A program made the position numbers and the translations under genes. DNA of 64,000 nt from Carpediemonas membranifera BICM. Lineage: Eukaryota > Protista > Fornicata. The DNA lies in NCBI GenBank assembly GCA_019828565.1, contig JAHDYR010000020.1:62001-126000 (forward strand), in the 5' to 3' direction. Shown here piece after piece: positions 1 to 12,300 of this stretch. Every line of letters begins with the position of its first letter. Within the stretch, counting starts at the first letter, position 1. The notes under the pieces are model-generated. The model was given only the letters and a program-made list of their open reading frames with translations. It had not been told where the DNA came from and ran no database searches.

Positions 1-627
1 CGTTCGGGCGCATTTTGATGACTTTTGCCGACTTACGGCCTCTATGAATACCTAGCGCAGCTGAAATCGTTTTAGGGATGAGCACAATGAGAGCAGATGA
101 TTCAGCTCCAGCGCTTGCACATAAACTGCGAAGGAAGATCGCCCCAAATTGGCGGCTACAGCACAGAACTCGAACCTTCTATGCTGAGAGTCAGGACTAT
201 CTGGGCGTGTCTGAGTTTTCAGAAACTGCGAGGCCTCTTCCCGAATTTGCGAAGAACTTTTGCGTGCACTTTTGCGTGTCAAAAGTTGTGATGAAATCAT
301 TTCCTGTCATGCAGCCTTAGGTACCATGGCATCCCTCGCACGCTACTGGAACGAACAGCGGTGCTTTCTCTTTAAACTCTTCCAGGGAAGATTGAGCGCA
401 ATTTCGAAAAACATCATTTACTGTTGGCTGTATCACTGCTTAGAGGAAGTTGGCACCAGGGATTCGGGCCTGCTGTACCTTCAACACCCAGTTCTGGCTC
501 ACGGTGAGGCGGGTCACCATGAGGGCAGATGCAAACGCGAGACGGACATCGGCCCGCATTTCGATATGATTTTGATTCGGTCGACATCGACTGGACAATT
601 TTCGATTTTACTCGATTGTGTGTAAAG

Positions 628-1100
628 CCAGTACATGGCGAAAGGCAGGCGTTGTGGAGCTAGCCATCCGAGCCGCGGCGCCACTCGGCCGTTCGGCCCA
701 CACGACCTGGTCACCCACACAGGCCAGATCCAGATGGTCGGGTCAGGAAAACTCGTCAGGCTAACCCGATGATGCCCAACTTGGCAGCGGTCGGGCGAAA
801 CTGCGTCCATTCAGGATGTCGGGGATGAGAGAAAGAGGGGACCTGGGCAGGCTGCGCTTCGACTGTGGCTCCATTTGTTGGAGCAGGCATAGTCGAGGCC
901 GGACAGGCCTGGCGACGATTCGTGGTTCGCATGATGGCGTCATGAATCGCCTGGGCTGTGACTTCGAGTGACTCCGCCGGGGTGACTCCCTTGAGAAAAC
1001 TTATCACATTTTGATGATCTCGAGAACTGTTGAGTCTGCATTAAAGATATGAGCAGAAGGGATCTTTATGGCATGCACACAGTACCGTTCTGTTCTTACC
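628..1100. repeat. ~473-bp dispersed repeat, copy 1 (copy 2 at 6419-6891)
   Basis: Appears identical by eye from CCAGTACATGG to CTGTTCTTACC; the ORF track gives identical peptides in both copies. Confidence 0.95.
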
Positions 1101-1278
1101 TCTCGTGTCGACTCGACAAATTTCGAGACGCACCATCCGAGGTGTCATAGCCGGCACGTCTCCTGCGCCCATCTCCTCCAGATAGCGCCCATCCCGCACC
1201 AATGTTAGCAACTACTTGTTTGCACATTTTGCGCATGTTTAATCGTAGAAAAGCACAGACCCTGAAACTAGCACGCAG

Positions 1279-4200
1279 CTAAGGCAGGGCAATCCGACCA
1301 ACGGGCACGTCCTCGTCGTCCGACTCCTCGTCGCTCTCCTCTGAGTTGGGGACGGCGAGGTACACCAGCCACATGTCCATCAGCTCCTGCGACCCCAGCT
1401 CAATGAAGTCAACCGGGCCGTCGTTCGACTCGACTCTCAGGGTCATTGCCGGGTCAGTAACTGCGGCGGGCAGGGTCATGTCCGGCTGGCAGGGTCCAAC
1501 CGTGTGTATGGACATGGCGGGGATGGCGATGGTGTGCTCGGCGGTGGCGATCTCGAGCACGGCCGGGAATTTGGAGACCACGCAGGGCTTGAACGCGCCA
1601 TGCTCGAGCACACTGGCAGCCGACCGCACCTCGCCTCTCGGGCCGATGACGCTGACCCTGCCGACCGTCTGGTCCTTGCTACCGTCCTTCATCATCAGCT
1701 TATGGTCGTCAAAGGGAATCGTGGCCACTTGCTTCTTCTCCTCATCAATAAAATAATAAAACTGCACTGGTCCTGAAGCGTGTGGCCTGAAGCGGTCCAT
1801 TTTCAGTGGTGGGAGGGCGAGAGAGAAGGGAATATCCTCGTCCTCCTCCTCCTCGTGCTCCTCGCGCGACGCCGCGACCAATGAGCGTGGCGAGTCGAGC
1901 TCCTCCTCCTCGCGCTCCTCGCGCGACGCCGCGACCAATGAGCGTGGCGAGTCGAGCTCCTCCTCCTCGCGCGACGCCGCGACCAATGAGCGTGGCGAGT
2001 CGAGCTCCTCCTCCTCGTGCGACGCCGCGACCAATGAGCGTGGCGAGTCGAGCTCCTCCTCCCTCGTGCGACGCCGCGACCAATGAGCGTGGCGAGTCGA
2101 GCTCCTCCTCCTCGCGCGACGCCGCGACCAATGAGCGTGGCGAGTCGAGCTCCTCCTCCTCGCGCTCCTCGCGCGACGCCGCGACCAATGAGCGTGGCGA
2201 GTCGAGCTCCTCCTCCTCGTGCGACGCCGCGACCAATGAGCGTGGCGAGTCGAGCTCCTCCTCCTCGCGCGACGCCGCGACCAATGAGCGTGGCGAGTCG
2301 AGCTCCTCCTCCTCGTGCGACGCCGCGACCAATGAGCGTGGCGAGTCGAGCTCCTCCTCCTCGCGCGACGCCGCGACCAATGAGCGTGGCGAGTCGAGCT
2401 CCTCCTCCTCGTGCGACGCCGCGACCAATGAGCGTGGCGAGTCGAGCTCCTCCTCCTCGCGCGACGCCGCGACCAATGAGCGTGGCGAGTCGAGCTCCTC
2501 CTCCTCGCGCGACGCCGCGACCAATGAGCGTGGCGAGTCGAGCTCCTCCTCCTCGCGCGACGCCGCGACCAATGAGCGTGGCGAGTCGAGCTCCTCCTCC
2601 TCGCGCGACGCCGCGACCAATGAGCGTGGCGAGTCGAGCTCCTCCTCCTCGCGCGACGCCGCGACCAATGAGCGTGGCGAGTCGAGCTCCTCCTCCTCGC
2701 GCGACGCCGCGACCAATGAGCGTGGCGAGTCGAGCTCCTCCTCGCGCTCCTCGCGCGACGCCGCGACCAATGAGCGTGGCGAGTCGAGCTCCTCCTCCTC
2801 GCGCGACGCCGCGACCAATGAGCGTGGCGAGTCGAGCTCCTCCTCCTCGTGCGACGCCGCGACCAATGAGCGTGGCGAGTCGAGCTCCTCCTCCTCGCGC
2901 TCCTCGCGCGACGCTGCGACCAATGAGCGTGGCGAGTCGAGCTCCTCCTCCTCGCGCGACGCCGCGACCAATGAGCGTGGCGAGTCGAGCTCCTCCTCCT
3001 CGCGCGACGCCGCGACCAATGAGCGTGGCGAGTCGAGCTCCTCCTCCTCGTGCTCCTCGCACGACTCCGCGTCAATATCGAGGGGTGTGGCGACTGGCGT
3101 TGCCTCTTCCACCGGGGCCGGGCCATCAGAGATGGTGCCGAGGTCCCGGTCACGCCCGGCCTCTGGCTGCATCGGACTGGCCAGGACCTGCAGGGGCGGG
3201 GAGTCGTGGGGCTCGACGACTGACTCCCCCAACCCGCGGCTGGACGGCGACTGGATCATCGACCAAATCGCACCGCTGATCTCCACCTCCGTCTCTGACT
3301 CGGGGTCGTCGTCCATTGACAGCGGGGTCGCCTTCATGTCGAACTGTGGGGAGAGCACGGAGAAGCTGGAGACGGGGAAGCCGCCAGGCCGGGCTGAGCG
3401 ATTGTGTGTGGGTGGGAGTCTCAGAGGGGTGTGGGCCGGCTCAGCGGTCACTCGCTCGGGCGGGGGACCAAAGGCACGCGTACTAGGCGCCGGGCTGGGG
3501 CTCGGGCGGGTCTCGGGGACGGTCTGGGGCTCCATGTTGTGGGGACTGGGCATGCTGGGCGTATGGGCTATCGCCTGGGGCGACGTCCCCCCATTGCTCG
3601 GGGGTGCGGGGCCCTGCAGCACCGGGGGCGGGCTGAACACAGTCGCGGCGCCCCTCGGCTGCTTGGGTGTGAGCTCGATGTACTCATCGCCGGTCATCTC
3701 GTCGATGTAGCGGCCTCCGTCGGCAATAGCGTCGGCGAATTTGATCATCTGGGGACCAGGCGGGCATCTTCCAGGAAGATATGGAGAAGATACGGTGATT
3801 GGGCCCATAGATACGAATCCAAGATCCATTCTGACAATCTCAGGGTCGTGAATGAGTCGGAGCAGGTCGTTCCAGCTGTTGGCGTCGACGAGCAGCCCGT
3901 GGTCCCGATGGAAGAGGGAGACGCCGAGGGCCCTTATCCGGCCCTGCTCGGCACAGGCCTTGAGGAGCTCCGACAGCCCAGGCCCACTAATCGGGTTGCC
4001 CAGCACGTCTACCTCGAGCAAGCTCTCGTTCTCCCTTACAGCTGCGGCTAGTATCAGACCGGCGTCCGCGTCGAGTGCGTTTCCGTGGTCTGCACTGAAG
4101 CTGAACGACTGGTTCATTCCATGGACCACGACAGACCTCCGCTCATCGACTGTCGCGGTCAGCGCCTGGGCCAGCTTGCCGCAGGGGCCCTCGTGAAGAA

Positions 4201-4754
4201 CCCTGGGGTGACCGGCGGGCGAGCCCGTGGTCCTGAGGCTGAGCACCTCCAGAGACTTGGTGGACGCTATGTAGTCTGCTATCGCCTGCGCTGACCCTGT
4301 GGTGAGCCTGTTGTCGCCGATGTACAGCCGCTCGAGGGGCACGTCTGACATGGCCAGGGATTCGCATAAAAGCGTCGCCCCCTCGTCTCCGAGGAGGTTA
4401 TTCGATAGATGGAGCTCTCTGAGACGCGTGAATGCGATACGGACGAGGTTCATGAGGCTAAGAACTCCTTCTGCTGATAGCCGATTACCGTCGTATTCAA
4501 TACTGCGGAGGTTGATTAAAGAGGGAAGAGCGGCCGGCGCTCGCCAAATTGACTTGTACATGATCGAAAGAAGTTCATCTCCGTCTGTGTAAGTTCAAGC
4601 TGATGGACAAACTTTGTGATGGTAGGAATACTGCGCGAAGGGATTGCTCCTCGTCGCTTCTTTCTATATGATCGAGTACACTAATAATAGAATGCTCTAA
4701 TGCACAGTTTGCTGCATTACATTCCTGAATGAATACGTCTGTTAGCTTGCGCAT
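1279..4754 (-). CDS. RNI-like leucine-rich repeat protein with Pro-rich linker and acidic tandem-repeat region; intron 4585-4612; apparent frameshift at ~2061
   Basis: LRR motifs (LRELHLSNNLLGDEG, LERLYIGDNRLT). Upstream exon MRKLTDVF... joins in frame through a 28-nt GTTTGT..ACAG intron. An extra C in one repeat unit moves the frame to the ORF ending at 1279. Confidence 0.75.
1840..3065 (-). repeat. Coding minisatellite, ~25 copies of a 48-bp unit (EEEELDSPRSLVAAS[R/H])
   Basis: Direct tandem units with only R/H variation and occasional EER insertions. Confidence 0.95.
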
Positions 4755-4994
4755 TGCATCGCAATATTGTGCAGGTTAAGGTAAAATGCCGAGAACGCTG
4801 GCAGGAGGTCTGCTCCAACGCTTGGTTGCGGGGTACTATGCCGCGACCCGCAAGATAGACAGCAGGGCACTCGAGACAAAAGAACACACCCACTGGTCGC
4901 AACAGAGCATGGCTAGAAGCATGAATACCGTGCTTTATCTCGGATTCTGGGCAGTGGGTAGAGGCACCCGTCGTCTGGTGGATGCCACTCGCCA

Positions 4995-6233
4995 CTACGC
5001 CTGGTTCGTCGGGATCCCGGCGTCGATGAGGCGGTAAAGGGGCTGGAGGGGACTCAGCAGCTGCCGGTCCTGTTGGTACACCTTAAGCAGGGCCCGGCAC
5101 ACCTTGCTGGTCTGCTCCGAGGTCAGGAACCACGCCAGGGCCGTGAGGGCGACGTACAGGTCGTCCGCCAGTGTCTGGATCTCTTGGGTCGACAGAAAGT
5201 GCGTCTTAGTGTCCCGGAAGTCGCCCCGGATCTTGGCAAAGCGGGCAGCCATGTGCCGGGCGACCTCGCGTGTGTCGGTGACACCCACACCGGCGAGCCT
5301 GACGACAGTGTCCTTGGCCGCGCGCTTGAGCACTGCGTTGACACCGAGGCCATCGGGCCCGACGCAGATCACACGAACGACCTCGGCCTGGAGCAGGGGT
5401 GGGAGTTCAGACACGCCCTCTGCGACAGCCGCCGCGAGCTGCTTGGCGTCGTAGTCGGCCCGGACGTCAGCGGGGGCGGCCGCCAGCAGGGTCTCAAGGG
5501 ACTCTGCGGCTCTACGGGCCACCATAGCGCACGTGGGGTCGACTCCGGCGGTGCGGATGACCGGGTCAGCGGCGAGGGCGAGGGCCTTGACGACGACGTC
5601 GAGGCCAGTCTCCGCAACATCGGCGAAGGCGACAGCGGGGCGGTCTATCCTGAACAAGTGGGCGGCCATACCAACGAAGAGTACGGGCGGCAGGACCGAC
5701 TCCGCTGCCCAGCCGAGGCCGGGGCGGACCGGGCTGGACGAGATGGCCCCGAGCAGCTCAAGCATGGCTCCGTAGTCGGGGCACAGGGGCATCGAGCTCT
5801 CACGCTCCTGGATGGCCTTCTTGGCGCGCATGCTGGCGACGAAGAGCTTCCCTCTGGCCATCGGGGGGATGGTGCCAAAGGCATCCTTGCTAGCCCAGCA
5901 ATCATCGGCCAGTGAGCCTAGAAGGATCTCGGCTACGCCCTTGACGGTGCTATCCATCGCGTTGAGGCGGGTTTGAAGATGGCTTGCTGCCATGAGAACA
6001 AAGGAGTCCGAAGCTTCGAGGATCGAGGGCACAGCAGTCTTAATATCGATAGAAGTAACGTTGGACTGGCAAATACCTTCATCGTTCTGAGAAAGGATCG
6101 GGGAATCAATCGGGTTGGGCAGGACACTATAGTGTGACATTGTATCGAGCAGCTGAACAGAGAGTGGTACATCATCGGATGGATCCTCCTTCTTCCGCTT
6201 TTGAGGCTTTGTAGATTCGGCCTTTCTAACCAT
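4995..6233 (-). CDS. Hypothetical alpha-helical protein
   Basis: Long ORF with host-like codon usage; first ATG at 6233. Confidence 0.65.
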   Translation of the reverse strand: MVRKAESTKPQKRKKEDPSDDVPLSVQLLDTMSHYSVLPNPIDSPILSQNDEGICQSNVTSIDIKTAVPSILEASDSFVLMAASHLQTRLNAMDSTVKGVAEILLGSLADDCWASKDAFGTIPPMARGKLFVASMRAKKAIQERESSMPLCPDYGAMLELLGAISSSPVRPGLGWAAESVLPPVLFVGMAAHLFRIDRPAVAFADVAETGLDVVVKALALAADPVIRTAGVDPTCAMVARRAAESLETLLAAAPADVRADYDAKQLAAAVAEGVSELPPLLQAEVVRVICVGPDGLGVNAVLKRAAKDTVVRLAGVGVTDTREVARHMAARFAKIRGDFRDTKTHFLSTQEIQTLADDLYVALTALAWFLTSEQTSKVCRALLKVYQQDRQLLSPLQPLYRLIDAGIPTNQA

Positions 6234-6418
6234 AGTTGGTGCTTTAAGACCGAATTGGTGCTTCAAATCGCTTCGACTTTCGCGACTCCAGTGATCGTGG
6301 TTCAATATGAGACGACATTTTACGGTGCAGAAAGAGGCCAACTAGCCAGCATAGCTGGAAGCCTATGAATCCCCGTTGATTCGGGTCAGCGGGCTCAGCG
6401 GAGGTCGCCCTGCATTTT

Positions 6419-6891
6419 CCAGTACATGGCGAAAGGCAGGCGTTGTGGAGCTAGCCATCCGAGCCGCGGCGCCACTCGGCCGTTCGGCCCACACGACCTG
6501 GTCACCCACACAGGCCAGATCCAGATGGTCGGGTCAGGAAAACTCGTCAGGCTAACCCGATGATGCCCAACTTGGCAGCGGTCGGGCGAAACTGCGTCCA
6601 TTCAGGATGTCGGGGATGAGAGAAAGAGGGGACCTGGGCAGGCTGCGCTTCGACTGTGGCTCCATTTGTTGGAGCAGGCATAGTCGAGGCCGGACAGGCC
6701 TGGCGACGATTCGTGGTTCGCATGATGGCGTCATGAATCGCCTGGGCTGTGACTTCGAGTGACTCCGCCGGGGTGACTCCCTTGAGAAAACTTATCACAT
6801 TTTGATGATCTCGAGAACTGTTGAGTCTGCATTAAAGATATGAGCAGAAGGGATCTTTATGGCATGCACACAGTACCGTTCTGTTCTTACC
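6419..6891. repeat. ~473-bp dispersed repeat, copy 2
   Basis: Direct copy of 628-1100. Confidence 0.95.
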
Positions 6892-7070
6892 ATTAATGTC
6901 GACTCAACAGTTTTCAAAGAAGAATGCCATGAAGTGTTTTGCCCAACAGTGCCACGAGTGGCAGACCACTACGTGGTCGAAGTGAGACAGCCACTCTGCG
7001 CAAGGCTCCTGCTGGGCTAAAGAAGAGGTCGTCAGTGAAGAAGATGGAGAAGAATCAATTTATCATATAT

Positions 7071-7763
7071 TTACTCGTCGTCTGAGTTCTGCTCATTGTC
7101 ATGCTCGTGGTCGGAGCCAGAGTCGGAGCCAGAGTCGGAGGAAGAAGAAGAGGAAGAAGAGGAGGAAGAGTCTTCCTCCTCCTGGGGGACATCTACAGGC
7201 TCCATCTCAAGCTCCTCGGCAGCCTGTGCATCAAGTGCATCGAGGTCGAGCTCGGCACCGTCATCAACACCATGCTGGCGCCTCGTACGGCGCACGGACC
7301 GCTTTGGACTAAACTCTGATATCTGTTCGACGCGCTGCTCATTGATCTCGAAGTCACGCTCGAGGGCCACGCGGGAGATTGAAGGCTTCTTGGACTGGAG
7401 GCGCTGGAGGAGCTTGGCATTCTCCACTGTGATCTTCTCCAACTCCCTCACACGATAGGAGCGGTTCAGGCTATCGGCAGGGCCTCTTGCAGGGGCCGAC
7501 ATGTCTACACCACCGCGAGAAGCCATGATGTGGGACATCTTGCCCAGAAGAATGTTGTTCTCGCGCTGGATCTCATAGTAGCGTTCTTCTTGAAGTTGCT
7601 GCTTCTTCTTGTTGTTCTTAAAATGGTTGAATTGTTTCGGAGCGCTGTTATCAATTGAAGGCTTGATGCCTGCAAGTTTCTTGCGGTGAAGCTCGAAGGC
7701 ACGATCATCCCATTTCTTTGAGCATATCTTGCTTGCAACGGGGATTGCTCGGAAGGCACACAT
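7071..7763 (-). CDS. CFAP97/Hemingway (KIAA1430)-family cilia protein
   Basis: HRKKL..IKPSIDN..P, EIQRENNILLGKM, SLN...R..E..KI..EN..LL.RL...KP motifs; acidic tail. Confidence 0.75.
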   Translation of the reverse strand: MCAFRAIPVASKICSKKWDDRAFELHRKKLAGIKPSIDNSAPKQFNHFKNNKKKQQLQEERYYEIQRENNILLGKMSHIMASRGGVDMSAPARGPADSLNRSYRVRELEKITVENAKLLQRLQSKKPSISRVALERDFEINEQRVEQISEFSPKRSVRRTRRQHGVDDGAELDLDALDAQAAEELEMEPVDVPQEEEDSSSSSSSSSSSDSGSDSGSDHEHDNEQNSDDE

Positions 7764-8074
7764 GTTCAAAAATCAGTTGTTGCGACTGAGGCAAAACTGC
7801 GCGAAATACTCGACCGTCATCCAGGAGAAGGAGGGCTCATGACAATGGTCGGTCGTCACTTCTGACCTCAATGGCCAGTGTTTTGTTCACTGTTACAATC
7901 ATTGCTCATCGAGAAATGACCGGCCATAATAACGCACGTTTAGCCGGCTTCAGCCTCAAGGATCGACTGACTGACGTCAATGCTTGTCTGCCTTTGTTCA
8001 AATGGACATTTGCGGTGGCTGAATTCTGACATATCAATGCTGGCGCGATACCATCACCCGGAAGACTTTATTGC

Positions 8075-8516
8075 TTACTCCTGGACAATGTCGAGGATAT
8101 CGGAGTCACCCTGGTCGAGAATGGCCATGGTGCCGATGCGGAAGTAGCGGCCGCAGGCGGTGCCGAGGTCGGTGTTGGTGCCAGTGTAGTGCTCAACGGG
8201 GACGCGAGCGAGCATGCCGTAGTACTCGAGCTCAGACTTGCGGAGAGCGGGGCAGTTGGCAGCGACGATAACGAGCTTAGCCTCACCTGCGCGCATGGCC
8301 TTAAGGGTCTGCTTGTAGCCAAGGGCGAACTTGCCGCTCTTGGTAACGAGCTGGAGGCGGGAGTTGATGGACTCAAGGGTCTTCTTGGTGGACTATGTTA
8401 GATGATGACGCGATGCACCAAAACTGGCAAGGACTTCCCGCAAATTGGGGTATTAGAGGGATTCCCAACACGGATTACTCCTCAATTTTGATGTTTCATT
8501 AACGTACAGTGGACAT
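8075..8516 (-). CDS. RPL30: 60S ribosomal protein eL30; intron 8393-8507
   Basis: Spliced MST|[34 protein letters not shown]...[10 protein letters not shown]; GTACGT donor, CTAAC-ATAG acceptor. Confidence 0.95.
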
Positions 8517-8811
8517 TGGTCTTTGTTCTGGGTTGAACTCGCAACGTGATCAAGGGACCATTTTTGTCGGCAGAAGGTTTGAACCTCATCTAATTAAAAA
8601 GTAGGGTGGGAAAGGGATATCGTGCATGAGCATGCCAGGCAGGCCATGAGTTGAATACTTCGCGGGCTGTGGGGAACTTGAGGGATTGTCGTGGTGAGAT
8701 TGGCAACCCAACTGCAGGCTCCGTCCCCATTCCCCAAACCCAACTCACCTCACACAAGACAATAAACAACCAAACAGAATGCGACCACTGGCGGCATCGT
8801 TTACAATCAAC

Positions 8812-9163
8812 TTACCCAAGGATGATGGCAGACTTCTTCTGCTTGCGCTCGGCGCCGAGCTCGAAGTGCTTCGCGCGCTTGAGGACAACAAAGTGACGGT
8901 GCTTGCACTTGCTGCACTCAAGACGGAGAAGGATCTTCTTGGTGGTCTTGGCCTTGTTGTGCTGAACGGGCTTGGTCTGGCCACCGAAACCACGCTGCTT
9001 GCGCACATAACGGCGCTGACCAAGAGCGGTATCGCGACGGGCACCAGACTTGCACTGAGTGACCTTGTGGACAGTGTGAGCGTTGTCGACGGTGCAGTGG
9101 GTCTATATGAGCAGAAAGAAACGAAAAAGGACATACACGACGGGTCTTAGGGATGTTAACCAT
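8812..9163 (-). CDS. RPL36A: 60S ribosomal protein eL42 (L44/L36a); intron 9103-9136, probable 5'UTR intron 9167-9199
   Basis: MVNIPKTRR|THC...[13 protein letters not shown]...[14 protein letters not shown]. Confidence 0.95.
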
Positions 9164-9367
9164 TAACTGAGTGAGAAATATGGTTCGAATGCAACATACG
9201 GCGAGGACCAAGCAGCGTTGTTTTTTTTCGTCAAAAAAACACAAAGAAGTCGGCCGGAGAATTCTATAATTCAGCCAATCGAAGCCATGCTGGACCTATT
9301 GATGAGACCGTGCGAACAATTTAAACATCCCCCTCACGTATATACGAAGTTTTATCCACACACCACT

Positions 9368-12300
9368 CTACAGCGCATCCTCACCCAGGTAATCCGCGTT
9401 CTGAACACCGCGAAGGAGACCAAACTCCTCGTCGGCCCGGTCAACCACTGATGCCATCGAGCGGCCCGTGCTGGATGGGATGCCCTTGCCGATTACAACG
9501 CCATAGAGGACGCCGCCAGCAGCAACGACTGCACCGCCAATGAGCCCTACGCAGGCGATGAGCAAGCCGAGTACGAGGGCAGTCACGGCGAGGGCGACCT
9601 CAATACCACTCCCGGAGAAGGAGCTTCCACTGCCGCCCGTGGACGTGGGTACCGCCTTGACAGCGAACGTACCGCCACCCATGAGAGTCTGGAGGCCGTT
9701 GAACGTCGCAGAGTAGGTGTACTGGCCGGGTAGGAAGGCGACGGAGACACAGTAGTCGCCAGTCGCGGGGACGAGGTTGGGGTTGAGCACAAGGCTGTTG
9801 CCGGTGTCCTGGTTGAAAAAGAAGAAGTCAAACGCGAGCGGAGGGGCGCTGGTGATCTTACGGACAGCCTGAATGTCATATGCGTTGGCACAGAACGTCA
9901 CGGGGACGTCAGCGGTGAGAACGGACTCCTGGTCGACCATGATGATGGCGCTCTTGGTCGAGTCTGCCCGCATCTGGACAAACTTCTCGCGGCCGATGAT
10001 CTGGCCCTTGTACTTGGCCTGAATCTGCCCAGAGACGGGGAAGTTGGTCTGGACAGCAACGCAGTAGCGCTCGTGGTCCTCGTCGTAGATGAAGGTGGGG
10101 GCGTGACCCATAAAGAAGAGCTCCTGGGTCTGCTCGGAGGAGACAGTAGTGGGGTAAACTGCGACAAACTGGGTGTTGGCGACGAGGTCGGCGTTCTTCA
10201 TGGGGAGGAACCGGTTGTAGTCGTCACGAGGGCCGATGCATGCGTTCATCTGGCCGCCGTAGTGGACATAGGGGGATTCCATCTTGAGGGAGAACGTGGA
10301 GAGCGTCTCATCAAGGGCAAGAGGAGTGCCAATGTCGCCCTGGTACATGGTCACGCCGTCAATAGTCAGCGTGCACTGGGAGTAGTAGGAGTACAGCATC
10401 CTGGTCTTGCCGCCGATGATTTGCATGGCAGACAGCCTGAGGTCCCAGGCGGACCCCGCGCCCACGTCCATGGCGTTGAGTGTGATCTGGTGCGACACCA
10501 GCCCCATGCAGTCCATGGAGACCTGAGACATTAGGGGGTTGATGACGCCGTGGGTCAGGTCGAGGGCCACGTTCCATGCTGCGCCGTCGAAGGAGAGGTC
10601 GATGGAGCGGACCTTGGGCTTGATGGTGACGCAGGCGGGGATTGCGAAACGGAATGATTTCTCGCGAGCCTCGTTGCGGATAGTGAATTGGAGAATCTCG
10701 TCAGTAACAGGATAGTGCGAATCGGACCAGATCCAGAAGATATCGTCAACCATATCTACTGTAGCAGAGTGCACAGAAGAGTACGTCGCGCCGTACTGCT
10801 CGACCGCCCCAAGGATAGACTTGCCGACCGTGCCAGAGAGCGAAGCCACTCTGACCATGCCGTCGGGGTAAATCTCGTAAAAGGCCTGATCGTGCATGTC
10901 CGTCGACTCCATAGCAATGGTGTGCTCCTGGCCGGCATACACTCGGCTAAAGGGGCGGGACTGGGTGGCCGTGCCCGAGAGGGCTGGGACCATGGTGGGG
11001 GTGACCGTGGACTTGGCGCCCTCACCCTGGGCGAGCTGGCCGGAACCGTTGTCGCCCCAGGTGTAGACTGATGCGGTGTCGCCGGTGACTAGGGCCACGA
11101 CGTGAACGTAGCCAGTAGAGATGGCGGCGGTGTTGGGTGGGACGAGGGTAGACTTGGCGAAGGCCTTGATGTACTTGCCAGTGACGACGGCGGGATCGGT
11201 GCCTGTGTACTTGACGTTGCCGACGCCGTAGACCTGGAGCCCGTCATCAGAGAGGGCGAGGGTGAAGTCCTTACCGGCCGCCACGTGGATGGCAGAGCCG
11301 CTGACACCGCTGACGTAGGTGGGGGTGCCCTGGTACTGGGCGTCGGAGTTGATGCCGAGCTGGCCGACAGAGTTGTCACCCCAGGCGGCAACCTTGCCTG
11401 CAGAGTTGATGGCAAACATGTTGTCACCGCGGGCCTGGCCGAGAGCGTAGGGGATAAAGCCAGCGGGGAGGTTGACGGGCTTGAACTGGGAGCGGGAGAC
11501 AGTGGTGCCGTCACCGAGCTGGCCGAGGGAGTTGTCACCGCAAGCATAGAGCGTGCCGTCGGCAAGGAGGATGTACGATGCTCTGGATGTGGCCTCGATG
11601 TCTACAACGTCGAGGTCGTTGAACTGGGTGAGTTCGGTGAGCTTGTACTTGTTCGGAGTCGTGCAGTTTGTGGCAAGGCCAGTGCCGGCGACGTACACAT
11701 ATGTGCGGAGGGTGATGCTGTCGTAGGCCTTGAACAGGGCGTGGTTATCACCGACAGTGACGCCGTCGAAGAGGATGTTGGCGTTGCCGTTGGGAGCAAA
11801 CACCTGAAGCCAGACATCAGTGGTGGCCAGCGTCCGGCCGGGGTACTTGCTGCCGCCCAGCGTCCAGAGCTCGCCCTCGTTGGTGATCACAAACGTGCTG
11901 TCGCCGACTTCCACGTAGTCGACAGTGTGGTACTCGAACGGGGCGGTGCTCCAGTGGTTCGAGGGGGAATCGTAAGTCTTCTCGCCAGTGTTGGTGTCAA
12001 TCTGGCCGGCAGAGTTGTCGCCGGCGACGTAGACGATGTTGGTGTTGGCGTCAAAGGTGACCGTGCCGTGGGTCATGGAAAGAAGCGTGTCCATGGCGAT
12101 GGAATACGAACCAGTGGTGAAGGTAAACTTCCAGTTGCAGTCGTAGTACGCGTAAACGGGATTGGCGGGGTCGGGAACGGTGAAAGTGGCGTGGTAGATG
12201 TAGATCTCACGGACGTTCGTGCCAATGTGGGTGTAGCCGACGTTCGTGGAAGTGCCAAAGGTCGTAGTAACCGTTGTAACGGGGTTTGTCGTGGGCAAAT

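Noticed and set aside
150-230. tRNA suggested by GGTTCGAG on the minus strand
   Set aside because: No cloverleaf could be built; the same holds for GTTCGA at 9183 and 25059.
1840-3065. CRISPR array
   Set aside because: The units are contiguous with no unique spacers and encode an in-frame peptide repeat.
4628-4640. TACTGCGCGA as another copy of the terminus motif
   Set aside because: It is a partial match inside the LRR coding exon (LRAVF).
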